A stretch of 64,000 bases of DNA from Oscillospiraceae bacterium. GTDB lineage: Bacteria > Bacillota > Clostridia > Oscillospirales > CAG-272. The notes beneath the pieces were generated by a model. That model was not told the origin of the DNA. It saw only the letters and a program-made list of their open reading frames with translations, and did not search any database. Position numbers and translations under genes: made by a program. Location: contig SVTJ01000014.1 in NCBI GenBank assembly GCA_015063845.1, forward strand, positions 400 through 64,399, in the 5' to 3' direction. The stretch's first letter is position 1. Each line of letters starts with the position of its first letter. Below are positions 36,092 through 45,047 of this stretch, piece by piece.

Positions 36092-37525
36092 ATGCTTTTA
36101 TACAATTCAGCAACAAGAAGACGTGACGAGTTCGTGCCCAATGAGGCGGGAAAGGTCAGTATGTATACCTGCGGTCCTACCGTGTATCACTACGCGCACA
36201 TAGGAAATCTCCGCAGCTATATTATGGAGGATATACTCGAAAAGTATCTTCGCTATTCGGGCTATGACGTAAAGAGAGTAATGAATATAACTGACGTCGG
36301 TCACCTCTCAAGTGACGCCGATACGGGCGAGGATAAGATGCTCAAGGGCGCAAAGCGAGAGAAAAAGAGCGTTATGGAGATAGCTAAGTTCTACACCGAC
36401 GCTTTCTTCGCCGACTGCGCTAAGCTCAATATCAAGATCCCCGACGTAGTCGCTCCCGCAACTACTTGCATCGACGAGTTTATCAAGGTCATCACCGAGC
36501 TTATAAATAAGGGATTTGCTTATGAGGCGGGCGGAAATATCTATTTTGACACCTCAAAGCTCAGCCAGTACTATATCTTCAACGATTTCAAGGAGGAAGA
36601 CCTCGAGGTCGGTGTCCGCGAGGGCGTTGAGGAGGACGGAAACAAGAAAAACAAGGCAGACTTCGTGCTTTGGTTTACAAAGTCCAAGTTTGACGACCAG
36701 GAGCTTAAGTGGGATAGTCCTTGGGGTGTTGGATACCCGGGCTGGCATATCGAGTGCTCGTGCATAAGCATGAAGCATCTTGGCGGCTCTCTTGATATCC
36801 ACTGCGGCGGTATCGACAACGCGTTCCCTCACCACACCAACGAAATAGCTCAGAGCGAGGCATATCTCGGACATAAGTGGTGTAACTATTGGTTCCACGT
36901 TCATCACCTTAACACGAACTCGGGCAAGATGAGTAAGTCCTCGGGTGAGTTCCTTACCGTCTCTTTGCTGGAGAGCAAGGGATACGATCCCCTCGTTTAC
37001 AGACTTTTCTGCTTGCAGTCGCATTACCGCAAGTCCTTGGTGTTCTCTTATGAGAACCTTGACAACGCGGTGGTAGCGTACAATAAGATGATCGCGCGTG
37101 TAGTATCCTTGCTTAAGGACGACGCGGGAGAGGTCGACCGTGCGGCATTTGATGAGCTTAAGGCTCGCTTCTGCGCGGCGCTTGACAACGACCTTAATAC
37201 CTCACTTGCCGTGACCGCCGTCTACGACGTGCTCAAGGCAAAGACAACGCCTGCCACAAAGCTCGCGCTTCTTGAGGATTTCGACTACGTTCTTGGCCTT
37301 GATATAGTACCTGCGGCTAAGAAGCAGCTTGACGAGGAAAAGGCGGCAGCGGCTGCTGCTGCAAGCGATCCCTTTATTCAGGAGATCGAGGCTCTCATTG
37401 CTGAGCGCGCTCAGGCAAAGAAGGACAAAAACTACGCTCGCGCGGACGAGATAAGAGCGATACTCACCGATAAGGGAGTTACGCTTGTTGACACCTCTCA
37501 GGGAACTAAGTATACGATAAATTAA
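36092..37525 (+). CDS. cysS: Cysteine--tRNA ligase
   Basis: Class I motifs HIGN (YHYAHIGNLRSY) and KMSKS (GKMSKSSG). 477 aa. Confidence 0.95.
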   Translation: MLLYNSATRRRDEFVPNEAGKVSMYTCGPTVYHYAHIGNLRSYIMEDILEKYLRYSGYDVKRVMNITDVGHLSSDADTGEDKMLKGAKREKKSVMEIAKFYTDAFFADCAKLNIKIPDVVAPATTCIDEFIKVITELINKGFAYEAGGNIYFDTSKLSQYYIFNDFKEEDLEVGVREGVEEDGNKKNKADFVLWFTKSKFDDQELKWDSPWGVGYPGWHIECSCISMKHLGGSLDIHCGGIDNAFPHHTNEIAQSEAYLGHKWCNYWFHVHHLNTNSGKMSKSSGEFLTVSLLESKGYDPLVYRLFCLQSHYRKSLVFSYENLDNAVVAYNKMIARVVSLLKDDAGEVDRAAFDELKARFCAALDNDLNTSLAVTAVYDVLKAKTTPATKLALLEDFDYVLGLDIVPAAKKQLDEEKAAAAAAASDPFIQEIEALIAERAQAKKDKNYARADEIRAILTDKGVTLVDTSQGTKYTIN

Positions 37526-37536
37526 ATAAACACAAA

Positions 37537-37569
37537 GCGGAGACTTCCCCCGAAGTCTCCGCTCTTTTT
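37537..37569 (+). terminator. Rho-independent terminator after cysS
   Basis: GCGGAGACTTC-CCCC-GAAGTCTCCGC followed by TCTTTTT. Confidence 0.85.
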
Positions 37570-37609
37570 GTATATAATAAAAATTTTTCAAAAAATATCA
37601 AAAAAAGAC

Positions 37610-37640
37610 TTGACAAAAAATTCGGGGGGGGGGGTATAAT
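37610..37640 (+). promoter_or_regulatory. Promoter-like TTGACA-19-TATAAT whose spacer contains G11
   Basis: TTGACA 37610-37615, spacer AAAAATTC+G11 (19 nt), TATAAT 37635-37640. Lies just after the cysS terminator. Confidence 0.5.
37624..37634. repeat. Homopolymeric G11 (C11) tract
   Basis: Counted directly as ttcGGGGGGGGGGGtataat. Confirmed by the antisense ORF reading I-I-P-P-P-P-N. Confidence 0.95.
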
Positions 37641-37739
37641 CTTTTTAGGACATTTTTTCCAATCTTTTGGATCGGTGGAGCACTGTGTTTGCAAAAGTAT
37701 ACTTTTGGTTGAATACGGTAACGCATTGGTTGTATCTTA

Positions 37740-37768
37740 TTGACATCGGATTTCTCGAATGCTATAAT
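37740..37768 (+). promoter_or_regulatory. Consensus promoter TTGACA-17-TATAAT proximal to the ABC exporter
   Basis: TTGACA 37740-37745, TATAAT 37763-37768. 28 nt upstream of ATG 37796. Confidence 0.65.
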
Positions 37769-37795
37769 AGTATTATAACAAAAATCGGAGGAAGT

Positions 37796-39616
37796 ATGGC
37801 AAGAAAAAAGAAGGCTGAAAACAAAAGCGAAAAGAAAAAGCTTCCGCTGAAGAGAGTGGTGCAAAACAACCTCTTTATGCTGAAGCTCATACATAAAGGC
37901 GCGCCTTTTACCATACTCAGTATGGTGCTGATATCGGTGCTTGAGGCGTTGACGGGCTTTATATCGGGCTCGTATATGCTCAGATTCGCGCTCAACGGCA
38001 TAAACGAGGGCAAAAGCTTCTCGGAGATAGCGGGAGTGTTGGCACTCAGCCTTATTCCGATCGCCGTAATGATGGTGGTAGCGAGATGGTATTGGTGCAG
38101 AAGCTACCGTATGAGAATGACGAGAATAAAGCAGTATATTTTCTCTCGTGCTTATAAAAAGGCGTCCGAGGTGGACCTCTCTTGCTACGAAAATCCCAAG
38201 TATTACGATGACCTTGCGAAGGCTATCGAGGAATGCGGAAATAGAGCTGAGGCGGTGAACGGCTCTATTGAAATGCTGGCATACAGAATAGTCAATTTTT
38301 CGGCGAACTTCGCGCTGCTGTTCGCGATAGACCCGCTGCTGCTCTTGTTCGTTCTCATTCCCATTGCAGCCGTGCCCATACAAAAGAAGATAAACAAGGT
38401 AGGGTACGACAAAAACATGGAGACTACCGAGGAAAACAGGCGCAAGGACTATTCGAGAAGGACGTTTTATCTTGCGGATTACGCAAAGGAGATGCGTCTT
38501 TTGGATATGCCTGTGTTTATGCTCGAGCGCTTCAGAGCGTCGGGTGAGCGTGTTGTTGGGATAATAAAGAAATACGGCTTTAAGATGGCAACTCTGCAAT
38601 ACATAATGACCGAGTGCAACGAGGTGATAGCCTCTCTCGGAGCTATGGCGTATGCTGTCTGGCAGACGGTAGGCACGGGAAGAATGGGCTTTGGCGATTG
38701 CCTTGTTGTGGTAAACTCCATTCAGAACGTGGCATATTCGGTCACCAACTCCGCGGATACCTTCCTCAGATTTCACGATAACGCGCTGTATATAGAAAAC
38801 CTGCGCAAGTTCTTTGAATACGAGGAGAAGATAAAGGGCGGAGACAAGCCGTTGCCCGAGAGCGGTGATATAGTTCTTGACGGCGTAAGCTTTAAATATG
38901 ACGGCGCGAGCGACTATACCCTCAAAAACCTTTCGATGCGTTTTGGTAAAAACGAGAAAATAGCCATAGTAGGACACAACGGAGCGGGTAAGTCCACTCT
39001 CGTAAAGCTGTTGCTTCGCCTTTACGATGCCGAGGGCAGTATAACGTACGGCGATGAGGACATAAAAGACTTCGACCTCACAGAGTACAGAGATATATTT
39101 GCCTCGGTGATGCAGGATTTTCATATCTTTTCCTTGAGCGCTTCGGAGAACGTGCTGCTGAGGCCTATGCGCGAGGGCGACGAGAAGACAGTCGCCGAAG
39201 CGATAGAAAAGAGCGGTCTTAAGGAGAAGATAGAGAGCTTTCCACGCGGTGTTGACACTATGATGACTAAGGAGTTTGACAAGGACGGCGAGGTGCTGTC
39301 GGGAGGACAGGCGCAAAAGCTTGCGATATCCTACGTCTACTCAAGGGAAAACAGATTTGTCATACTTGACGAGCCCTCGAGCGCGCTCGACCCGATAGCC
39401 GAGTATGAGATGTACGAGAGAATGACCGAGGCGTGCAACGACTGCGGAATGATATTTATATCGCACAGACTGTCGTCCGCCGTTATCGCCGACCGTATAT
39501 ACCTTATGGAGAACGGCGAGATCATAGAAACGGGAACTCACGCCTCGCTTATGGAAAAGAACGGCAGATATGCCGAGATGTTCCGCAAGCAGGCGCAGAA
39601 TTACGCGGAGGTGTGA
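37796..39616 (+). CDS. ABC exporter, fused permease/ATPase, subunit 1
   Basis: Start at ATG 37796 (GGAGGA RBS; the listed 37667 is a TTG). Six-TM domain, then GHNGAGKST, LSGGQAQKL, VILDEPSSALD. Confidence 0.9.
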   Translation: MARKKKAENKSEKKKLPLKRVVQNNLFMLKLIHKGAPFTILSMVLISVLEALTGFISGSYMLRFALNGINEGKSFSEIAGVLALSLIPIAVMMVVARWYWCRSYRMRMTRIKQYIFSRAYKKASEVDLSCYENPKYYDDLAKAIEECGNRAEAVNGSIEMLAYRIVNFSANFALLFAIDPLLLLFVLIPIAAVPIQKKINKVGYDKNMETTEENRRKDYSRRTFYLADYAKEMRLLDMPVFMLERFRASGERVVGIIKKYGFKMATLQYIMTECNEVIASLGAMAYAVWQTVGTGRMGFGDCLVVVNSIQNVAYSVTNSADTFLRFHDNALYIENLRKFFEYEEKIKGGDKPLPESGDIVLDGVSFKYDGASDYTLKNLSMRFGKNEKIAIVGHNGAGKSTLVKLLLRLYDAEGSITYGDEDIKDFDLTEYRDIFASVMQDFHIFSLSASENVLLRPMREGDEKTVAEAIEKSGLKEKIESFPRGVDTMMTKEFDKDGEVLSGGQAQKLAISYVYSRENRFVILDEPSSALDPIAEYEMYERMTEACNDCGMIFISHRLSSAVIADRIYLMENGEIIETGTHASLMEKNGRYAEMFRKQAQNYAEV

Positions 39617-39617
39617 T

Positions 39618-41435
39618 ATGGCAGAGAAAAAGAAAAAGCTTTCACACAAAAGCGTGATAAAATACAATTTGTGGCTGTTCAGGCTGATATGGAAATATAC
39701 CCCGGGATACGTTATCGGTATGGTAACGGAGGGCGTGCTTTGGGGAGTAAACAACGCGATAGGCTCGATATATACGCTGTGGCTTTTCGACGCGCTCGGA
39801 GAGGGCAGAGCCCTTGGAGAAACGCTGTCGATAATAGCGGGATACGCTATATATCTGTCGCTGTTTTACATTTTCCACAACTGGTATTGGAAGATATACA
39901 ATCCCAAGATACGTGAGCGCTTGCACATAAAGCTTCACAGCGATATGTTCAAGCAGGCTCTGCGCATCGACCTTGAAAAGTATGACGACCCCGAATTCTA
40001 TAACGATTTTATATTCGCTATGGATACGTCGTTCTCGCACGTGACGGGACTTGTTGAGGATACGGGCAAGCTGATAAACCGAATAATCGCCTCTCTCACG
40101 CTGACGGGAGTGCTGTTCAGCATAGACGCGGTAATGGCTGTCGTGATATTCACGGTCTCGGTCATAAGAATAGTTCTTTCTATGCTGAAAAACAAGAGCA
40201 ATTTCAAGTGGTCGACCGAGATAAACAAGCGTTCACGCAAGGATGCGTACATAAAAAGAGTGTTCAAGCTTCCCGACTACGCAAAGGAGCTGAGGACCAC
40301 GCACGTTCGCGAAAATCTTTTGCGTGAGCACGCGAAAAACACCGACGAAAAGCTTGGGCTGATAAAGCGTTACGGAACGCAGGTGGGTGTTCTTTGGGCA
40401 ATAATAGCGGTGATAAACGAGGCTACCACCATAGGACTTATGGTGCTGATGCTCTATAAGGTAATGGTTACGGGAACGGTGGGGCTTGGCGGATTTGCCG
40501 TAGCGATGAACGCCGTATGGCGTGTGTCGTGGTTGCTCTCCGACCTTGTGGATAGAGTTATGAAATACCACGAGCACGGGCTGTATATTGAAAAAATGAT
40601 GAACTTTATGCAGTGCGAGCCAAAGATAGTCGACGGTGCGCTCGAGGCGGGCGAGTTTGAGAGCCTTTGCATTCGCGGACTTGGATTTAGCTACACCGAA
40701 AAAGCTCCTCTGGCGCTTGACGGTGTCGATATTGAGATACATAGGGGAGAGAAGATAGCGATAGTCGGCTACAACGGAGCCGGAAAAACAACGCTTACAA
40801 AGCTTATCATGCGTCTTTACGACCCCACGTCGGGTGAGGTGCTCTATAACGGCAAGCCGCTCTGCGAGTATACCGTATCGAGCCTGAGGCGCAGAATGGC
40901 GGCGGTATTCCAGGACTACCGCATATTTGCGGGCAGCATAGCGGAAAACGTGGTTGGCGGAGAGTACCGTTCCGAGAACGAGCAGGCAGTGCTTGCCGCG
41001 CTCAAAAAGAGCACGTTTGATACAAAGCTCGAAAAGCTTGAAAACGGACTTGACACACAGCTGACAAGAGAGTTTGAGGATAACGGAACACAGCTTTCGG
41101 GCGGTGAGGCGCAAAAGGTGGCTATCGCGAGAGCGTTCTATAAAGAGGCGGACCTCATCATACTCGACGAGCCGTCAAGCGCGCTCGACCCGGATGCCGA
41201 GTACGCCCTTAATACGGCTATAAGCGAATATGCCGAGGGCAGAACGGTGGTATTCATATCGCACAGACTTTCCACCACTAGACACGCGGACAGGATATAT
41301 ATGTTCGACAGCGGACATCTTGTCGAGAGCGGAACTCACGAGGAGCTCATAGCTCTTGGCGGAAAATACGCGTATATGTTTGACCTGCAAGCGCAGAAAT
41401 ACCGCAGCAGTCAGACCCAAAAGGCAGAGCCTTAA
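39618..41435 (+). CDS. ABC exporter, fused permease/ATPase, subunit 2
   Basis: ATG 39618 is 1 nt after the subunit 1 stop (GGAGGTG RBS). GYNGAGKTT, LSGGEAQKV, IILDEPSSALD. Confidence 0.9.
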   Translation: MAEKKKKLSHKSVIKYNLWLFRLIWKYTPGYVIGMVTEGVLWGVNNAIGSIYTLWLFDALGEGRALGETLSIIAGYAIYLSLFYIFHNWYWKIYNPKIRERLHIKLHSDMFKQALRIDLEKYDDPEFYNDFIFAMDTSFSHVTGLVEDTGKLINRIIASLTLTGVLFSIDAVMAVVIFTVSVIRIVLSMLKNKSNFKWSTEINKRSRKDAYIKRVFKLPDYAKELRTTHVRENLLREHAKNTDEKLGLIKRYGTQVGVLWAIIAVINEATTIGLMVLMLYKVMVTGTVGLGGFAVAMNAVWRVSWLLSDLVDRVMKYHEHGLYIEKMMNFMQCEPKIVDGALEAGEFESLCIRGLGFSYTEKAPLALDGVDIEIHRGEKIAIVGYNGAGKTTLTKLIMRLYDPTSGEVLYNGKPLCEYTVSSLRRRMAAVFQDYRIFAGSIAENVVGGEYRSENEQAVLAALKKSTFDTKLEKLENGLDTQLTREFEDNGTQLSGGEAQKVAIARAFYKEADLIILDEPSSALDPDAEYALNTAISEYAEGRTVVFISHRLSTTRHADRIYMFDSGHLVESGTHEELIALGGKYAYMFDLQAQKYRSSQTQKAEP

Positions 41436-41481
41436 AAAAAGCGTGACCGTGAAAATTCACGGTCACGCTTTTTCTTTTTTT
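41434..41481. terminator. Bidirectional terminator between the ABC exporter and the DUF4129-like gene
   Basis: A7, GCGTGACCGTGAA-AA-TTCACGGTCACGC, TTTTTCTTTTTTT. Confidence 0.85.
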
Positions 41482-41485
41482 GAGC

Positions 41486-42166
41486 TTACGACTTTACGCC
41501 AAGCCCGTTTTTTATTCTTTCCACGCGTTGCTGCTCTGGGGCGGTACGCTCGTCGTACCTCGTACTTATATAAAGCTCAAACAGCTCCTGCTCGACGGAG
41601 GTGTTTTTACCCATATCGCACAGCTCCTTGGGGGTGTCGTGGGCGGTGGCTCTGAGCCCGCCCTTTATGCGCTCGGTTATCATATATCTGTATAGGAATC
41701 CGACGCGCTCTCTGTCGGTCTGCATATGCTTCCATTTGCGCTTGCGAGCCTTTTTGTGCTCTCGATCAAGGCTGACACCGTCAAAGGTTATGACGGATTT
41801 TGCGCTGAGCGAACCGCTGCTCTTGCTCTTACCGATATTCCACTTCTCAAGCAATCTTATGACAAAACGAGATGCGCCGATGATAAGCCTGCGAGCTGCT
41901 TTGACAGCCTTTTGTCTCCACTTTTTTCGCCACAGCGCTCTGAGCGTACACAAAAGAGCGAAAAAGTCCGCAAAAATAAGAGTGACGAGTACAAAACGGG
42001 CGAATGAGCTTTCCGCTTTTTGGTCGACAAGCCAAACGGCAAGCTGCGCGAAAAGAGATATCTCGGCAACGCATATTGCCTCACGCCAATATTTGCTGAC
42101 GATCTTCACCGCTCTCCCCCCTCTCGGTAATAGGTATGACGTATACGCTTTGTCCCATTTTCTCAA
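41486..42166 (-). CDS. Small membrane protein with DUF4129-like C-terminus (start uncertain: TTG 42166 or GTG 42109)
   Basis: No ATG is available. Both candidate starts have purine-rich RBS-like sequence and both overlap the DUF58 gene, by 86 nt or 29 nt. TM segments, then ...HDTPKELCDMG...ELFELYISTRYDER resembling DUF4129. Confidence 0.55.
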   Translation of the reverse strand: MRKWDKAYTSYLLPRGGRAVKIVSKYWREAICVAEISLFAQLAVWLVDQKAESSFARFVLVTLIFADFFALLCTLRALWRKKWRQKAVKAARRLIIGASRFVIRLLEKWNIGKSKSSGSLSAKSVITFDGVSLDREHKKARKRKWKHMQTDRERVGFLYRYMITERIKGGLRATAHDTPKELCDMGKNTSVEQELFELYISTRYDERTAPEQQRVERIKNGLGVKS

Positions 42167-43235
42167 GCTTACGGATCACCTCGGACGTAGCCGTATCTAT
42201 GTAAGGAGTGACAATATATATGTCCGTGCCCCTCGCATGTTGGGACGCGCTTTCCATGAGCATATGGGAAAGTGAAAAATCACGGTTTGAGTATACGCTC
42301 ATTTGAGCCATGCTCTTGAGGATCGTCCGTGTGTGCGCCTCTCCGATGTTGCAGGCAATACTTACGCCTATCCTTGCTCCGACAGTACAATTCGAGGCAA
42401 AGCCTACGCGCCCTCCGTTTTTTACTGTCTCCATAAGCAGCTTACAGCAATAGCACAGTCCTATTTCCAAAATAGCTTCCTCGTCAACCGTTCTTCCATG
42501 CTTTGAGCGTGAATACGGGTCGAGAAATATCATACTGTCAAAATTTCGGGATGTGTCGTAGGAGTTGCTCATAAGGTGTATGCTTCCGCCACGGAAAGCA
42601 CGTGCGCTCGCCTTGAAATTAATGGCGCGCATAGGATCGCCGTAATGATAAGGGCGTATGTCCGACAAAAAGAACGGGTCCTCGACCTGCTTTTTGTTTG
42701 CTATGGAATTTCCCACGCGGTATATGTCCGTATCCACGTCTACTTTTATGTTTTTGTGATTTGGATATACGTATATGTCAAATGCGTGTGAAAAGGTAAA
42801 TTCGTTTTTTCGGTAGGTCACCGAGGTGTTCACCAGCTGATAGTGTCCTCTTTTGTCCGCTCGGAAAGTGTGCGTTTTTGTTGCGGAAGCATACGGTGGC
42901 ACGTGGAAAAGGCTGCTTACCTTGGTGTGGCTCTTGCACACTATACCGTCCACGGTAAATCCGCCCGGCACAAAAAACTCCATTTTAACAAAGAACAAGG
43001 GGCAGAGAGTGGTGTTGTGCACTGTTTCTCTGAGCTCAAGCTCATCTCCCTCAAAAACACCGTTCGAGGAAAAGCTGCGTATGTACTCCATTTTTCTAAG
43101 CGCGCGCAGCTTAGCTTTGCGGTATATCAAAACAGTGCATACGCACACAATAAGAACGGCAGCAAACACCGCGAACGTCACGGACGATATGATGGCTACC
43201 AAAACATTGGCTATTGCCTCATACATATTTTGCAT
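42081..43235 (-). CDS. DUF58 (degenerate vWA) protein
   Basis: N-terminal TM helix. Hallmark RPYHYGDPMRAINFKASAR. Sits directly after the MoxR gene. Confidence 0.85.
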   Translation of the reverse strand: MQNMYEAIANVLVAIISSVTFAVFAAVLIVCVCTVLIYRKAKLRALRKMEYIRSFSSNGVFEGDELELRETVHNTTLCPLFFVKMEFFVPGGFTVDGIVCKSHTKVSSLFHVPPYASATKTHTFRADKRGHYQLVNTSVTYRKNEFTFSHAFDIYVYPNHKNIKVDVDTDIYRVGNSIANKKQVEDPFFLSDIRPYHYGDPMRAINFKASARAFRGGSIHLMSNSYDTSRNFDSMIFLDPYSRSKHGRTVDEEAILEIGLCYCCKLLMETVKNGGRVGFASNCTVGARIGVSIACNIGEAHTRTILKSMAQMSVYSNRDFSLSHMLMESASQHARGTDIYIVTPYIDTATSEVIRKLEKMGQSVYVIPITERGESGEDRQQILA

Positions 43236-43236
43236 C

Positions 43237-44205
43237 TTAACCTCTACGAGAAAAATCTATATCCTCACTTGGGACAGCTATGGTTGAGATTATATGGGAA
43301 ACAAGCTCCGTTCCCTTATCTTCGGTGCGGAAGAAGCTGTTGTTGAATACTATTCTGTGTGCAAGCACGGGAACTGCCGCCTGCTTTACGTCGTCGGGCA
43401 GCACGTAGTCTCTGCCATTTATCGCAGCATAGCATCTCGCGACACATACAAGTGATATAAGCGCGCGTGTGCTCGCTCCCAGTGCCACGTCCTTTCCGCG
43501 TCTCGTTGCCTCGCAGATGTCTGAGGCATAGCTCATGATATCTCTGTGGACGTATACGCGCTCAAGCTCCTCGCGCGCGGCTATTACGTCAAGAGGGGTC
43601 ACTCTCGGCAGCTCGTCATAAGAGACTTTTTTGAATAGCTTGCGCGAAAGTATCTCTATGTTTTCCTCGTGTGTGGGATACCCCATGCTCGTTTTTATAA
43701 GGAAACGGTCAAGCTGAGCCTCGGGCAGGTCGAACGTGCCCTTTGTCTCGATGGGGTTTTGGGTGGCTATTACCATGAACGGCTGCTCGAGCTTTCTCGT
43801 AACTCCCTCTACCGTTACCTGATCTTCCTCCATACATTCAAGAAGTCCCGACTGTGTTTTCGGCATTGCGCGGTTTATCTCGTCAGCCAAAAGTATGTTT
43901 GTAAACACAGGACCCTCAATAAATCTAAATTCCGACTGCTTCATATCAAAAAACTGCACGCCCACGATGTCCGATGGGAGCATATCGGGAACGCACTGAA
44001 TACGGGTGAAGCGCAAGGAAAGCGCCTCGGCAAAGGTTTTTGCTAGTACCGTTTTCCCCGTTCCCGGGACATCGTCTATGAGCATATGTCCGCCGCAAAG
44101 CAGCGTTATCACGGCGAGTGTGCTGACGTGCTCCTTACCAACTATCTCTCTTTTCACACGCTCGGTGACAGCCGAGTGTACCTTTTGAATGCTTTCAAGC
44201 TTCAT
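43237..44205 (-). CDS. MoxR-family AAA+ ATPase
   Basis: Walker A DDVPGTGKT, Walker B LLADEINRA, MoxR block RIQCVPDMLPSDIVG. Confidence 0.9.
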   Translation of the reverse strand: MKLESIQKVHSAVTERVKREIVGKEHVSTLAVITLLCGGHMLIDDVPGTGKTVLAKTFAEALSLRFTRIQCVPDMLPSDIVGVQFFDMKQSEFRFIEGPVFTNILLADEINRAMPKTQSGLLECMEEDQVTVEGVTRKLEQPFMVIATQNPIETKGTFDLPEAQLDRFLIKTSMGYPTHEENIEILSRKLFKKVSYDELPRVTPLDVIAAREELERVYVHRDIMSYASDICEATRRGKDVALGASTRALISLVCVARCYAAINGRDYVLPDDVKQAAVPVLAHRIVFNNSFFRTEDKGTELVSHIISTIAVPSEDIDFSRRG

Positions 44206-44228
44206 AAAGCTTATCCTCCTTTAAGTCC

Positions 44229-44792
44229 TTATCCGCCTATCTTAAATCCGTCGGAAAATGCCGCGCCGATGGTATCGCCAAGGACAACGTAAGTGTTATT
44301 CATAGGGTCAAAGGTTATAGGGCGAAGCAATGCGGGGTCGACGTTTTTGTCCTTACCGAGCACGCGCTCGTCCGCGCTGACGTTGACTATCTCGCCCACA
44401 AGGCGACAGCTTTCGGGGTCGTAGCTTACGAGCTTACATTCGACAGCCATAGGAAGCTCGTCTATAAGAGGCGCGTTGACGTACTCGCTCTTTACCGTGT
44501 GAAAGCCCGCTTTTTCGAGCTTGTCGGGAACGTCGTTTCCCGAGACGACACCGACGTAATCGCATTCCGCTACGTAGTCCGCCGTTGCCATGCTGACTGT
44601 GAACGCGCCCGTCTCAAGTATATTTTTCATGGTTCTATGCTCGGGACTTATGCACATGGATATCTCCTTTTGCTCGCTGATACCTCCCCAAGCAGCATTC
44701 ATAGCGCAGGGAACTCCGTCAGAGCCGTATGCGGCAAGAATAAAGACGGGTTGAGGATAGAGCAAGGGCTTTGCTCCGAAATTCTTTCTCAT
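44229..44792 (-). CDS. Flavin reductase-like (FMN-binding split-barrel) protein
   Basis: LLYPQPVFILAAYGSDGVPCAMNAAWGG is typical of the flavin_reduct domain. Only 23 nt upstream of the MoxR gene. Confidence 0.8.
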   Translation of the reverse strand: MRKNFGAKPLLYPQPVFILAAYGSDGVPCAMNAAWGGISEQKEISMCISPEHRTMKNILETGAFTVSMATADYVAECDYVGVVSGNDVPDKLEKAGFHTVKSEYVNAPLIDELPMAVECKLVSYDPESCRLVGEIVNVSADERVLGKDKNVDPALLRPITFDPMNNTYVVLGDTIGAAFSDGFKIGG

Positions 44793-44827
44793 TTTAAGTG
44801 CCTCCGGATAATGTTTTATCTATGTTC

Positions 44828-44856
44828 ATTATAGCACGGTCTAAATTCACTGTCAA
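44828..44856 (-). promoter_or_regulatory. Consensus promoter TTGACA-17-TATAAT for the flavin reductase-MoxR operon
   Basis: On the minus strand: TTGACA (44856-44851), 17 nt, TATAAT (44833-44828). Confidence 0.65.
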
Positions 44857-44904
44857 GCAAATATTGGTTGAGTTGGAATGGTACACCGTCATTTTACTTT
44901 CTGC

Positions 44905-44917
44905 CGAACAGTGTTCG
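44905..44917. promoter_or_regulatory. 13-nt perfect palindrome CGAACAGTGTTCG (SOS-box-like, spacer one nt short)
   Basis: Lies between two divergent consensus promoters, 29 nt upstream of the -35 of the XRE-S24 repressor gene. Confidence 0.35.
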
Positions 44918-44945
44918 CAAATTGACAAAATATTGCTCTTGGGTA

Positions 44946-44974
44946 TTGACATTTTTCGCGGTATGCTTTATAAT
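44946..44974 (+). promoter_or_regulatory. Consensus promoter TTGACA-17-TATAAT for the XRE-S24/ABC-F/mtnN operon
   Basis: TTGACA 44946-44951, TATAAT 44969-44974. Confidence 0.65.
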
Positions 44975-45047
44975 ATGATCAGAATACATCGGATTTCCTA
45001 ACTATATTTTTCGAAAATCCTCACTACAAGTGCGGACGAGGTGTTAT

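Noticed and set aside
37667-37795. An N-terminally extended ABC exporter starting at the listed 37667.
   Set aside because: Codon 37667 is a TTG with no RBS. A perfect promoter at 37740-37768 lies inside the extension. ATG 37796 has a GGAGGA RBS and begins the typical Lys-rich cytoplasmic N-terminus.
37598-39316. A 572-aa ORF antisense to the first ABC exporter gene.
   Set aside because: The opposite strand carries unmistakable Walker A/B and ABC signature motifs. The antisense product is Arg/Leu/His/Tyr-rich low-complexity sequence with no RBS or recognisable motif. It is typical shadow-frame openness of a codon-biased gene.
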